Of a stretch of DNA of 64,000 nt, positions 1 to 9,338 are shown one piece after another. The notes beneath the pieces were generated by a model. It was not told where the DNA came from, searched no databases, and worked only from the letters and a program-made list of their open reading frames with translations. Position 1 is the first letter of the stretch; every line of letters starts with the position of its first letter. Source of the DNA: Thermoproteota archaeon. GTDB lineage: Archaea; Korarchaeota; Korarchaeia; Korarchaeales; Korarchaeaceae. Made by a program: the position numbers and the translations under genes. The stretch lies in assembly GCA_027492205.1 (NCBI GenBank), contig JAOZFN010000008.1:30041-94040 (forward strand), written 5' to 3'.

Positions 1-153
1 GGCAGGCCCCCGGTCCACGCGACCATAAGGCCGGGTGTGCAGGGAGACTGGGGCACCGTGGGATCCATACTCAACATGATACCCACGCTGCTGGGCGCAG
101 ACCCCGGGCTCCTCACGGTCGTTGACCTGATCCCCCGGAGGCCGCTGTCCTGA
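1..153 (+). CDS. 3' end of a 2,4-diaminopentanoate dehydrogenase / dihydrodipicolinate reductase-like NAD(P) oxidoreductase (partial)
   Basis: Frame 1 reads GRPPVHATIRPGVQGDWGTVGSILNMIPTLLGADPGLLTVVDL, matching the family C-terminal pattern GD..T....N.IP....A.PGL.T..DL; TGA at 151-153. Confidence 0.6.
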   Translation, partial: GRPPVHATIRPGVQGDWGTVGSILNMIPTLLGADPGLLTVVDLIPRRPLS

Positions 154-233
154 TCTTCTCCTCCATCCTCCCCCCTCCTCTCTCCGCAACTTGACGGGGG
201 TGAGACATTGATATCCCCCCGTCGGCGTGATCC

Positions 234-1496
234 GTGAGACGCGAGGGATGTAGGGCCTTGCCCAAGCGGATCTCTCGAGACCTCTGCGTGAAGTGTAAGG
301 GGACCAAGAGGCTCTGCGGCCTCGAGCAGTGCCCCATACTGGAGAGGCTCCGCGCGCAGAGGACCCTGCCGCCTCCCAGGATGGTGGACGCCCGGACGCT
401 CGAGGGCGGCACCCCGCCGTCCGTGCTTGTTGGGGAGTGGGCCTACCCCCGAGTCAGGGTGGCCCCGATGATGGCCCACGACCTCGAGACCGCCTCCCTG
501 GCGGACGCCCCGAGGGAGTGGATCGGGTGGGGGCTCGACGACGTGATAAGGGTCAGGGCGGGCCTGCTAGCGGCCTCGCTCAGGGTCAACGCGAGGAGGC
601 TAGACGAGAGGGCGCTCGAGCCGATTCAGCTGGCCGCGATGTCCTCTCGACCCCTGCCCGTGGAGGCCAGGCTCCTCAAGCCGCCCAGGCCCAGGCTGAA
701 CTTCGACGGCATACTGGCACCCATCGGCCCGGTGGCCGAGGCCGAGAGGGTTGAGCTGGAGGCCGAGCCCCGCGTCCCCACGCCGGTGGAGAGGGCCGTC
801 TCCGACAGGGACGCCCTGGCCTCAGAACTCCTGGTGGAGCTCTACGACTCGGGCGTGGACGTCTACCACTCCACCAGGCTCCTGAGCCTCGCGTTGCTGG
901 GGGCGGAGGGGAGGAGGCGCCTTGTCCCGACCAGGTGGGCCATCACCGCCGTCGACTCTACGGTGGGGCTCGAGCTCAAGAGGAGGGCCCTCAAGCTCCC
1001 CGAGTACTCTGGCAGGGCCAGGCTCCACAGGTCCAGCTTCTCCGACAACTGCTACTGGGTTCTGATACTTCCGGGCCCGTACAGGCTCGAGGTGGTCGAG
1101 GCCTGGCTCCCCGGGAGCATCTGGACGGGCGACAGGGCGAGGGTCGTCACGAACTACGAGGGGACCCTGGACAGGGGGTTCCCGGTGATGGACGGCGGGC
1201 ACTACGCCATGAGGCTCCCGATACTGGAGCACCTCGTCCACGAACTCAGGCGCCAGGCCTCCGTTCTTGCCATCAGGGAGGTAGGGCCTGGCTACTTCGC
1301 GCCGGTCGGGAGCTGGCAGATCAGGGAGTCGGTGAGGGCGGCGCTCAGGTCCAGGCCAGAGGAGTTCGACGGGCTCGAGGGGGCCCTCTCGAGGCTGGCC
1401 TCCGAGGTCAGGTTCGACCCGCGCGGTCTCCTGTCCAAGAGCAGGATGCTGAGGGAGTTCAGGGGCCAGACCAGGCTCACCGACCTCCTGGAGTGA
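234..1496 (+). CDS. nreA: Nre family archaeal DNA repair protein
   Basis: N-terminal Cys cluster CVKCKG..LCG...CP, GxTPPSVxVG..YP, RRLVPTRWAITAVD, GxWQIRESVR, C-terminal PIP-like QTRLTDLL. Confidence 0.92.
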   Translation: MRREGCRALPKRISRDLCVKCKGTKRLCGLEQCPILERLRAQRTLPPPRMVDARTLEGGTPPSVLVGEWAYPRVRVAPMMAHDLETASLADAPREWIGWGLDDVIRVRAGLLAASLRVNARRLDERALEPIQLAAMSSRPLPVEARLLKPPRPRLNFDGILAPIGPVAEAERVELEAEPRVPTPVERAVSDRDALASELLVELYDSGVDVYHSTRLLSLALLGAEGRRRLVPTRWAITAVDSTVGLELKRRALKLPEYSGRARLHRSSFSDNCYWVLILPGPYRLEVVEAWLPGSIWTGDRARVVTNYEGTLDRGFPVMDGGHYAMRLPILEHLVHELRRQASVLAIREVGPGYFAPVGSWQIRESVRAALRSRPEEFDGLEGALSRLASEVRFDPRGLLSKSRMLREFRGQTRLTDLLE

Positions 1497-1514
1497 GCCT
1501 CACCGGCTTGAGGC

Positions 1515-2192
1515 CTACACCCTGACCCCGAGCTCCCTGGCGGCCTCCCTGAGGGCGGCCTCCACCTCCCCCTCGGACCTGCCGACCGGCACGGCCGGGG
1601 AGCCGGGCTCGCCCTCTCCCTCGGCCTCGATCAGCATCCCCTGGCTGATCTCACCCCCTATCCTCCTGGGAGGGAGCGCGGCGAAGGCCCTCACGTCGCC
1701 GCTGGAGACGCCGGGGAGGTTAGTGACCACGGTGAACTTCCCCAGCCTGCCCGCGTCGATCTTGAGCTTCCAGAGCTTCTCCGCTATGGGCTCGACGTGG
1801 GCGACGCTCCCCCAGGCCGCCTCGATCGAGTGTGCGAACCTGGGCTCCCCCTCGAGGAGCCTCCTCCTCAGCCCAGCCAGCGTGATGCCGGCGAACCTGA
1901 CCCAGCTGGCCGCCATCCTCTCAGACGGCCTCTGCAGCTTCGAGAGCTCGTCCCAACTCCTCAGCAGGCTGGCGCCGGCCGACTCGATGGGGTCCAGGAG
2001 GCCCTGCTCGGCCGCCTGCCCCGGGGGAAGGAAGGAGTATCGCAGGGTCGCGACGTGCTGGCGCAGGGGGCCGACTACGGGCTGGAGTTCCCTCTGGCGT
2101 TGCCTGGGCAGCCCGGGGAGGTGCCTGGCCAGACCGGCCACGGCTATCTCGGCGACCACAACCCTCGGGTCGGAGCTGGTGTCGTGGCTCAT
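1515..2192 (-). CDS. archaeal tRNA-binding protein with C-terminal Trbp/EMAP OB domain
   Basis: N-terminal DTSSDPRVVVAE; VVTNL, ALPPRRIGGEISQGM typical of the tRNA_bind domain. Confidence 0.8.
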   Translation of the reverse strand: MSHDTSSDPRVVVAEIAVAGLARHLPGLPRQRQRELQPVVGPLRQHVATLRYSFLPPGQAAEQGLLDPIESAGASLLRSWDELSKLQRPSERMAASWVRFAGITLAGLRRRLLEGEPRFAHSIEAAWGSVAHVEPIAEKLWKLKIDAGRLGKFTVVTNLPGVSSGDVRAFAALPPRRIGGEISQGMLIEAEGEGEPGSPAVPVGRSEGEVEAALREAARELGVRV

Positions 2193-2287
2193 CGAGGGCG
2201 AGCGCGGCCCGGGAAACTAAAATCATCCCGTCGGAGTTGGCCCGCCGCGGGCCGGCGGCCGCCGGCGGTCCAGCTCCTGGTCTACAC

Positions 2288-2311
2288 TTTAATTACTACC
2301 GGTAATGTAGT
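2288..2311 (+). promoter_or_regulatory. TATA box plus inverted repeats upstream of the TA operon
   Basis: TTTAATTA followed by nested ATTAC/GTAAT and ACTAC/GTAGT inverted repeats just before the antitoxin start. Confidence 0.5.
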
Positions 2312-2316
2312 CCAAG

Positions 2317-2562
2317 ATGATGGCTACCCACGTGACGGTCTCCGCGAAGATCAGGCGGGACCTCTGGGAAAAGATGAAGAGGTACGGGATAAACGCGAGT
2401 GAGGTCATAAGGGAGGCCATTGAGAGGAGGGTGAGGGAGGAGGAGATCCGGTGGGCCCTCGGAGTGATGAGGGACATCTCGTCGAGGGCCAAGCTACCGA
2501 GGCCCGGCAGTCTGGTGATAAGGGAGCAAAGGAACGGCCGATCGGGAGCGAGGGCGCCGTGA
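2317..2562 (+). CDS. vapB: VapB/CcdA-like RHH antitoxin
   Basis: VTVSAKIRRDLWEKMKRYGINASEVIREAIE RHH pattern; GTGA overlap with PIN gene. Confidence 0.85.
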   Translation: MMATHVTVSAKIRRDLWEKMKRYGINASEVIREAIERRVREEEIRWALGVMRDISSRAKLPRPGSLVIREQRNGRSGARAP

Positions 2563-2981
2563 GGGTGGTCTTGGACGCCAGCGCCGCCCTGAAGTGGTTC
2601 GTAAGGGAGGAGGAGTCCGGGGAGATGGGAGAGCTGCTCAACCAGCACCTCTCGGGAAGACTCGAACTCCACTCCCCCGAGTTCCTGCTCGTGGAGCTGG
2701 CGAACGCCCTGAGGTACGCGAGCGGTATAGGCCCGACGGATGTCCTCGAGGCGGTGGAGGCCGTCAGGTCCCTCCGCCTGAAGTTGGCGGGCGACCTCGA
2801 GATCCTCGGCGACGCCGTGGGGCTGGCCTTTGAGGAGGGAGTAACCCTGTACGACGCCCTGTACGTATCCCTGGCCAGGACCCTGGGTGGGAGGCTCGTC
2901 ACGTACGACGGCGAGCTGCTGAGGAAGTTCCCCGGGCTCGCCGTCAGGGCGAGCGACCTACTGAGAACGCTCTCCGACTGA
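2559..2981 (+). CDS. vapC: VapC PIN-domain toxin
   Basis: MRVVLDASAALKW..E, ELANAL, TLYDALYVSLA, LVTYD; GTG start overlaps antitoxin stop. Confidence 0.92.
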   Translation: MRVVLDASAALKWFVREEESGEMGELLNQHLSGRLELHSPEFLLVELANALRYASGIGPTDVLEAVEAVRSLRLKLAGDLEILGDAVGLAFEEGVTLYDALYVSLARTLGGRLVTYDGELLRKFPGLAVRASDLLRTLSD

Positions 2982-3009
2982 ACTCCACCCTCATCCCCGC
3001 GGTCGGGGG

Positions 3010-4446
3010 TCACCCCCCGGACAGCCTGGCCGCGATCTCCTCGTACCTCCTCTGAGCGGCCTCCCTCCATATCGACGTCATCTTGGACGCGAAGGTGGGG
3101 TCGTCCCTCATCCTCTGGTTTACGGAGGCGGCGTACTCCTCGGTGAACGTGAGGACGGTTCCGTTCTCCTCCCAGCTGATCGGCCTGCCCAGCTCCCACC
3201 ACAGCTCCTCGAACCCCTCCCGGCCTATCCTCCCGGACTCCAAGGCCCTCACCATCGCCGACCACGCCGAGACGAGGGCGTCGTGCGGGTCGCAGAGGAC
3301 GGCGTCGAAGTAGTAGGCGGTAGCGAAGTATGTGGCCCTCGCCCTGGTCTCGTTGAACCTTATCCCCACGTTTCCGAGGATCATCTCCTGCGCAGCCTTG
3401 AGGTCGGGCCTCTCGCGACCCTCGGGCGTGTCGAAGACCTCCGCCCTCACGGGCAGCCTGTTGACCCTGCGGTCGAGCCAGATCTTCTGGCCGTCCACCG
3501 AGAGGATCCAGCGGATGAACGCCAGCGCGGCCTCCCTGTTCCGGCAGGTCCTCAGCAGGGACACGGGGTCCCCGCCTACGATGGACTCGTTGTAGGGCAC
3601 CACATACCTAACGCCAGGCCTCTCGATCTGTGCGGTGTATCCGTAGAAGTCTATCCCGATGGCTATCGGCACCTCGCCCGCCTCTAGCGCCGAGAGGGCC
3701 TCCACAGACCCGCCGTAGGGCCTGCCGTTCGCGGCCACGCCCGCCAGCAAGACCCAGCCCCGATCCCAGCCGAACCTCTGAAGGATTATCTGGTAGATCC
3801 TCGTGTGAGAGCCCGACTGGGTGGACCTGGAGAAGGCCACGGCGGGCTTCGGGAGCAGCCTCGCAAGCTCTGGACTGGCCAGGTCCTCCCAGAGTCTGGG
3901 AGAGGGCAGGCCGTACTCCTCCAGCATGGGCTCGTTCACGATGATGCCGAAGGAGGACATGGAAGTCGCGACCCAGAGGAGACGGCCTTGGGAGTCGAAC
4001 CTCATGAGGGGCATCCCCCCGACGCTGTCGGGGATTGACGAGGCCTCATTGAGCACGACCTCGTCCCCTATGGGGAGCAGGTAGCCCTCGTCGGCCAGGG
4101 TGTTGTGGGCCGTCGGCCCGCCGCCCCAGGCCACGTCGAGGTAGCCGAGGCGGTCTATGGTGTCCCTCCAGAGAGCCGGGTTAGGCTTGATGAACACCAC
4201 GTCCGTCACGCCGGCCTCCCTCGCGAAGGTGGAGTTGAGGAAGGCCTCCCTGGCAATCATCAGCGTGGTGGCGTCGTGTCTCGTCAGGACGTTGAGGACC
4301 AGGCCGCCTCGCTCGCCGACGCCACGCGGCGTCTCGTGAATCCAAATGAGCGCCGCCGCGATCAGGGCGATCAGGGCGATCAGGGCGATCAGGGCGATCA
4401 GGGCGAGGGCCGCGGCCTTCGTGCCCACGGGGTGATGATACCTCAT
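3010..4446 (-). CDS. ABC transporter substrate-binding protein (iron/thiamine-type)
   Basis: N-terminal hydrophobic anchor, DVAWGGG, PRLWEDL, SGSHT, AIGIDFYG, FIRWILSVDGQ. Confidence 0.85.
   Translation of the reverse strand: MRYHHPVGTKAAALALIALIALIALIALIAAALIWIHETPRGVGERGGLVLNVLTRHDATTLMIAREAFLNSTFAREAGVTDVVFIKPNPALWRDTIDRLGYLDVAWGGGPTAHNTLADEGYLLPIGDEVVLNEASSIPDSVGGMPLMRFDSQGRLLWVATSMSSFGIIVNEPMLEEYGLPSPRLWEDLASPELARLLPKPAVAFSRSTQSGSHTRIYQIILQRFGWDRGWVLLAGVAANGRPYGGSVEALSALEAGEVPIAIGIDFYGYTAQIERPGVRYVVPYNESIVGGDPVSLLRTCRNREAALAFIRWILSVDGQKIWLDRRVNRLPVRAEVFDTPEGRERPDLKAAQEMILGNVGIRFNETRARATYFATAYYFDAVLCDPHDALVSAWSAMVRALESGRIGREGFEELWWELGRPISWEENGTVLTFTEEYAASVNQRMRDDPTFASKMTSIWREAAQRRYEEIAARLSGG
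4358..4402. repeat. perfect 9-bp tandem repeat (GCGATCAGG)x5 encoding (ALI)x5
   Basis: Read directly in the sequence; lies in the signal/anchor helix of the binding protein. Confidence 0.97.
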
Positions 4447-4521
4447 CTACGTTTTAGTGTTACCCAAGCCGCCTGGCGCCCCCGCGGCTCGCGGCGGGCG
4501 GAGCCTCACTCCCGCCGCCCC

Positions 4522-5256
4522 TCAGATCCTGGCCACGGGCTGGAAAAGCCAGCCGGCCCTCTCGACGGTCTCTATCAGGGGGCCGCGAACGGCGTTGACG
4601 TCGAAGTCGAACTCGTAGACCTCTCCCCAGTCCGGAGGCCACAGGGACTTGAAGGCGTAGGCCACCGCCTTCCTCTTGGAGAAGAGGATCCTCCCCCTGA
4701 ACCTGCTGTACCTGAACCTGAAGGGCTCCCCCGAGAGGCCCGCCTCCCACTCCAGCTCCCCCATCTCCTCGCTGTAGAGGACGGTCTTGCTCTCGTCCAG
4801 CAGCCTCATCCTGCCCAGGTAGTAGACCCTCAGCCCCGCCCTGCTGAGGATCTCCCACCACCTCGCGTCCGCGAGCTTCCACCTGGCGACGAGGTCCACC
4901 CCCTCCTCCTCACCCTCCGCCACCTCCCAGGGCAGGTTGGGGTCGTTGAGGGAGAGGAGCCTGGAGACCAGCTCCGATCTGGACACGGGCGGGACCCCGG
5001 GGTAGAGCCTGGTCGCCGGCGACTCGACTAGGCCAGTGGCGTAGAGGACGGCCTCCAGCGACCCGGCGGCGACCGCCCCAAACAGGGCCGAGAACCCAAG
5101 GACCTCGGGCAGGGTGTCAAGGACGATGACGCCCTCCCCAGAGTCCGTAGAGTAGGAGAAGGATGCTCCGCTCAGGAGTGAGGCCAGCGCAACCAGGCTC
5201 GGGACGAACAGGATCAGGAAGAGGGGGGCCGGCCTCACGAAGAGCCTGTGTCCCAT
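4522..5256 (-). CDS. hypothetical membrane protein (two N-terminal TM segments)
   Basis: ATG at 5256 about 25 bp downstream of TTAAAA; host-like codon usage. Confidence 0.7.
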   Translation of the reverse strand: MGHRLFVRPAPLFLILFVPSLVALASLLSGASFSYSTDSGEGVIVLDTLPEVLGFSALFGAVAAGSLEAVLYATGLVESPATRLYPGVPPVSRSELVSRLLSLNDPNLPWEVAEGEEEGVDLVARWKLADARWWEILSRAGLRVYYLGRMRLLDESKTVLYSEEMGELEWEAGLSGEPFRFRYSRFRGRILFSKRKAVAYAFKSLWPPDWGEVYEFDFDVNAVRGPLIETVERAGWLFQPVARI

Positions 5257-5531
5257 GATTTGCCGGAGGGTCCGGGTTTTTTTAACCCTCGCGGTTGGGA
5301 GGGCGCAGCGACAGCCAGGCGGACGAGTCCACACGGGACTTGGACGCGGGAAGGCCGTCCCACGCCAGGACCTCAGACCGCCGCCCCAGCCGAACCGCCC
5401 ACCCGGGTCTGGATGGCGACCTTTGAGTTCCCTGGTCGCGCGCAGCCGAATCCGGTGAAGGGCGGTCCCGAGTCCGCTTTTTGACCCTCGCCTCGCCCAA
5501 CTTAAATGGAATCGTCCAACTCCCCCTCCAC

Positions 5532-6374
5532 ATGGTCTTCAGGGATGAGGAGGGGAGACTCTACCACATAGGGGCGGTCGAGGGGGAGGTCGCCAGCAGG
5601 GTGCTCTTGCCCGGCTCAAGGGTCCGGGTCAAGAGGATCGCCGGGCTGCTGAGCGGGGCGAGGGTCGTTCACGACGGTAGGTTCCTCCTCATCGCGGGGG
5701 AGTACCGGGGGGTTCCCGTGACGGCCGTGGACACCGGGATAGGGCCATCCTCGGCCGCGATAGTGGTGAGGGAGGTCCTCGAGGCCCTGGACTTATCCGC
5801 GGGAGACGCCGTGCTCATCCGGCCGGGGACCTGCGGATCGCTCCAGCCCTGGGTGCACGTCGGGGACCTGGTGGTGTCCACCGGGGTCGTGGCCCAGGAC
5901 GGCGTCACGCCGAAGGTCGCCGGGGAGAGGTTCCCGCTCTTCACCGACCCGGGGGTGACCGAGGCCCTGGTGGAGGCGGCCGTCGAGCTGGGGTACGTCC
6001 CGGGCGAGAACCTCCACGTGGGCGTGACGCACGCGAAGGACGCCCTGTACGAGGTCGAGGAGGCTCCGGCAGCTGCAAAGCCCTGGGAGGCGGAGAGGTA
6101 CCTGGAGTACCTCAGGAGGATGGGGGTCCTGATCACGGAGATGGAGCTGGGCACCCTCATAGCGGTGGCAGCGCAGTACAACGCCAGGCTGGCCGAGGCA
6201 GGCATCCCGCACAGGGTGAGGGTCGGCGGCGTGTTCCTGTCGGTCTCGCCCGTCAAGGGCGCCGAGGAGGAGACCCAGTTCGAGAATCCCCCGCAGGAGG
6301 ACCTGATCAGGGTGGCGCTGGAGGCGGCCGTCCGGGCTGACGAGAAGAGGCCAGAGTGGATAGGCTACAGGTGA
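5532..6374 (+). CDS. nucleoside (uridine-type) phosphorylase
   Basis: LYHI, VLLPGS..RV, TGIGPSSAAI, IRPGTCGSLQ, GDLVV, EME motifs of the PNP/UDP family. Confidence 0.88.
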   Translation: MVFRDEEGRLYHIGAVEGEVASRVLLPGSRVRVKRIAGLLSGARVVHDGRFLLIAGEYRGVPVTAVDTGIGPSSAAIVVREVLEALDLSAGDAVLIRPGTCGSLQPWVHVGDLVVSTGVVAQDGVTPKVAGERFPLFTDPGVTEALVEAAVELGYVPGENLHVGVTHAKDALYEVEEAPAAAKPWEAERYLEYLRRMGVLITEMELGTLIAVAAQYNARLAEAGIPHRVRVGGVFLSVSPVKGAEEETQFENPPQEDLIRVALEAAVRADEKRPEWIGYR

Positions 6375-6384
6375 GCCGCCTGGG

Positions 6385-7242
6385 TCAGAGGACCGACGCC
6401 GCCAGGGCCGCCAGGAGGACGATGCCCAGGTAGGAGTTGGCCACCTTGAAGGCCCTCAGGGCCGACTCGGGCGAGGATTTCATGGCGAAGGACCCGGTCG
6501 CCCAGAGCAGGATCGCTGACGCGATCGCCACCACGAGCTCGTAGGCCCAGCCCAGCCCGGCAACGAGTCCCAGGTAGAGCGCCAGCGCCGAGGTGCCGAC
6601 GGCGCAGGCGAACGTGGCTGAGGCAGACCTCCTCGGCCCCCAGACAACCGGCAGCATGGGCACGCCGGCCCTGGCGTAGTCGTCCGCGTAGTAGGTGGCG
6701 AGGGTCCAGATGTGCTCCGGGATCCACAGCATGACCAGTGCCGCGAACAGCAGGCCGCCCAGGCCCAGCGAGCCAGTGGCGGCAGCCCAGCCGGCCAGCG
6801 CCGGGGCCGCGCCGGCGACGCCGCCGAAGATGACGGACCAGGGGGTCCTCCTCTTCGTGGCCAGGGTGTAGACGAAGATGTCGAACGCGAAGCCCAGCGC
6901 CACCACGCCCGCCACGAGGGCGTTGAGCTGGAGCGAGACCAGGATCCCCATCGCGAAGAGGGATATCCCGAGGACCACCGCCTTGTGGGGCGGGTCTATC
7001 TCGCCCTTAGGTAGCGGCCTGTTTGAGGTCCTCCTCATGGCGGCGTCTATGTCCCTGTCGAAGTACATGTTGACGGCCGTCGTGCCGGCCACCGCCGCGC
7101 CCACGCCCAGGACGTAGAGGATCGCCTCGCGCAGACCAACTGCCCCTGATCCGGCGACGACCATGGGCACGAGCCCTGAAAACACCAGCAGGGACGTCTG
7201 CTTGAGCTTCAGCAGCCTGGTGTAGCTGGAGGTGGCCCCCAT
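6385..7242 (-). CDS. ctaB: protoheme IX farnesyltransferase (heme o synthase)
   Basis: NMYFDRDIDAAMRRTSNRPLP, YT..KRRT, GG.AGA.P.LAGW, W.P.H.W.LA..Y.DDY..AGVPMLPV. Confidence 0.95.
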   Translation of the reverse strand: MGATSSYTRLLKLKQTSLLVFSGLVPMVVAGSGAVGLREAILYVLGVGAAVAGTTAVNMYFDRDIDAAMRRTSNRPLPKGEIDPPHKAVVLGISLFAMGILVSLQLNALVAGVVALGFAFDIFVYTLATKRRTPWSVIFGGVAGAAPALAGWAAATGSLGLGGLLFAALVMLWIPEHIWTLATYYADDYARAGVPMLPVVWGPRRSASATFACAVGTSALALYLGLVAGLGWAYELVVAIASAILLWATGSFAMKSSPESALRAFKVANSYLGIVLLAALAASVL

Positions 7243-7351
7243 TCGGATCGGGGGGGCGCTCCGAGCGGTGGTAAAATAGTTCTACCCCGCGGGGGGAATC
7301 GACCTTTCCCGCGGCCTACCCGGGAGGGGCTGGGCGCCCGGGGGTTACGCC

Positions 7352-7861
7352 TCACCCTGACCCCCCCTGCTTGGACTTCAGCTCAGCAATCCGCCCCTTA
7401 ACCTCGCTCAGCATCTCGAGGTACTCCTTCTTCAGGATCTCCCGGACCTCTTCGTCCTCGAGGGTTCCCGGAACGCTTATCTCCCTGAGCCTCTCCAGGA
7501 TGCGCTCCCTCTCCCTCTCGAGCTCGACGAGGTCGAAGTGGTTCAGGTAAAACCTCATGGCCTCATTCATCACCTGCCCGACCGTCCTGCCCTCCTCTGC
7601 GGCCAAATCCCTTATCCTCTCGTACAGCCTCCTGTCGAGCCCCCTGATGGGGATGGGCCTCCTGACCACCCCCTCAGGACCCGCCCTCATCCCCACGGTG
7701 GCCCCAGGAGTGGTTATGGACATCCTGGCGGTCTTCCTCACGGCCCTAGAGAGACTCTTGGCCAAGCTCTCCTCGATGACCTCTGAGAGCCGCTCGAGCT
7801 TGCGGCTGAGTTCCTCCATGCGCCTCTCGAACTCCTCCCAGTCCCGGTCCTCCTCCACCAT
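7352..7861 (-). CDS. coiled-coil protein with central RHH-like DNA-binding motif
   Basis: IPIRGLDRRLYERIRDLAAEEGRTVGQVMNEAMRFYL flanked by E/R-rich helices; ATG at 7861 downstream of TATA. Confidence 0.7.
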   Translation of the reverse strand: MVEEDRDWEEFERRMEELSRKLERLSEVIEESLAKSLSRAVRKTARMSITTPGATVGMRAGPEGVVRRPIPIRGLDRRLYERIRDLAAEEGRTVGQVMNEAMRFYLNHFDLVELERERERILERLREISVPGTLEDEEVREILKKEYLEMLSEVKGRIAELKSKQGGSG

Positions 7862-7893
7862 CGTATAGCGTATAACGGTATAACAAATATAAG
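7862..7893 (-). promoter_or_regulatory. TATA box followed by three TATAC direct repeats (candidate operator)
   Basis: Minus strand CTTATATTTGTTATACCGTTATACGCTATACG-ATG. Confidence 0.55.
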
Positions 7894-7899
7894 CCTTCC

Positions 7900-9108
7900 T
7901 CACGCCGGCGGCAGGAGGGTTAGGGCCAGCAGCAGGGACGCGGTCGTGACCGCGTCGGCGAGCGAGCTCTCTATGGGGTTAACGAAGTTGTCGGGATCCA
8001 GGCCCAGCCTGAAGGTCAGGATTGCCACGATGAGCGCTATTGCGGTCACGGCGAGGGTGGACAGGATCCCGCTTACCCCCAGGACTGCTGCAAGCCAGAA
8101 GAAACGGCCTCCTCCGCCGGACGCGGCTGCGACCAGGCCGAAGGCCTGGGAGGCCACGAACCATGCCGTCCAGGCCCCGGTCGCCTCAGGAGACACGTCG
8201 AGGAGAATACTCGCCCCGGCCCTGGCGGTGCCCAGGGCCAGCCGCGTGGTGGCCACCGAACCCACTATCGAACCGAAATCCCCGACCATCGTGAGCAGGG
8301 CGGGGTAGACCAGGTAGATGGACCTGATCTCGCCAATCCTCTGCTCAACCCGAAGCAGGAGGTTCCCGGTCAGGGTAACTATGAGGGACACCCCCAGGAT
8401 GGACATCGACGCCTCCCTGAGGACGCTCCGGAAACCCTCACTCCTCCCCTGTGTAAAGGTGAGGGCGACCGTCGAGGCGACGAACCCGAGGGCGAGCGCC
8501 AGCACGACCATCCTCCCGAGCTGGCCCGCGCGAAAGACCCTCAGCAACCCGACGTACACCGCGCTCACCGTGAAGTCCGCCACGGTGCTCATGCTGGGGT
8601 AGGTGACGTAGTCTGGGTCGAGCCCGAGCTTGAAGAATGCGAAGGAGGCCAGCGAGGTCGTGGGGGCCATTATTAGCTGGGATACTCCCATGGACGCCGT
8701 TATCACGATCAGCAGGTCCGCTAGGATGCGGGAGTCGTACCAGCCCGTCAGCATTAGTGAAGAGCCTAAAGTCAGGGTGAGCGAGCTTGAGGCCAGGAGG
8801 GTGAGGGCGAACGCGGCCGAGATCGTCGCCCAGAATTCCTCCGTGTTCCTTCGAAGTGATGGACTTATCGAGCCGAGGTTGAGGCCGGTGCTCAGCCTAC
8901 CAGACAGGACCCCGTTGACGGCCCCCCTGGCGCTCAGCATCCCGGGGTAGACCGTGACCGCCCAGGGGATGGATCTGACGACCTCGAGGTTGGCCGCCAG
9001 GACGCCTCCGGCCAGGAGGTCGCCCAGACCGAAGCTCATGGCTACGGCCGCCCTGGCGAGCGACTTGACGTAGCGTCGCAGGTTCTCTTGAAGTCGCCTG
9101 AACGTCAA
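7900..9108 (-). CDS. MgtE-family divalent cation transporter (two membrane domains)
   Basis: YPG....RG...G.LSGRLSTGL.LG; GLDPD motif twice (GLDPDYV, GLDPDNF) followed by AD. Confidence 0.88.
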   Translation of the reverse strand: MTFRRLQENLRRYVKSLARAAVAMSFGLGDLLAGGVLAANLEVVRSIPWAVTVYPGMLSARGAVNGVLSGRLSTGLNLGSISPSLRRNTEEFWATISAAFALTLLASSSLTLTLGSSLMLTGWYDSRILADLLIVITASMGVSQLIMAPTTSLASFAFFKLGLDPDYVTYPSMSTVADFTVSAVYVGLLRVFRAGQLGRMVVLALALGFVASTVALTFTQGRSEGFRSVLREASMSILGVSLIVTLTGNLLLRVEQRIGEIRSIYLVYPALLTMVGDFGSIVGSVATTRLALGTARAGASILLDVSPEATGAWTAWFVASQAFGLVAAASGGGGRFFWLAAVLGVSGILSTLAVTAIALIVAILTFRLGLDPDNFVNPIESSLADAVTTASLLLALTLLPPA

Positions 9109-9338
9109 CTCCCCATCTTAAAGCACCCCTGGGCATCTCTGTCGCTCAACGAGACCAGGGAAATAAAAATATCGATCTCGGGCCCGTCTCCCCGGGCGTC
9201 GCCGAGTCGACCCGGCGACCGCACGCCGGCGGCGCGATCTCTTTAATCGGGACGCAGGGGGCCTCGGGAGGTCCCCGCGCTAAGGCCCCTCGCGGGTCGT
9301 CGGCCCCTCGAGCGGGCGAAGGGCAACTTCGGGTGGTG

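Noticed and set aside
4358-4406. CRISPR array
   Set aside because: 9-bp units without spacers; no cas genes; no repeat-spacer structure seen anywhere in the window
4105-5031. Long alternative-frame ORFs (also 10750-12201, 32006-33076, 35073-36104, 55221-56399, 56776-57858, 62401-63351)
   Set aside because: Shadow ORFs of recognisable genes, expected at high GC; no motifs
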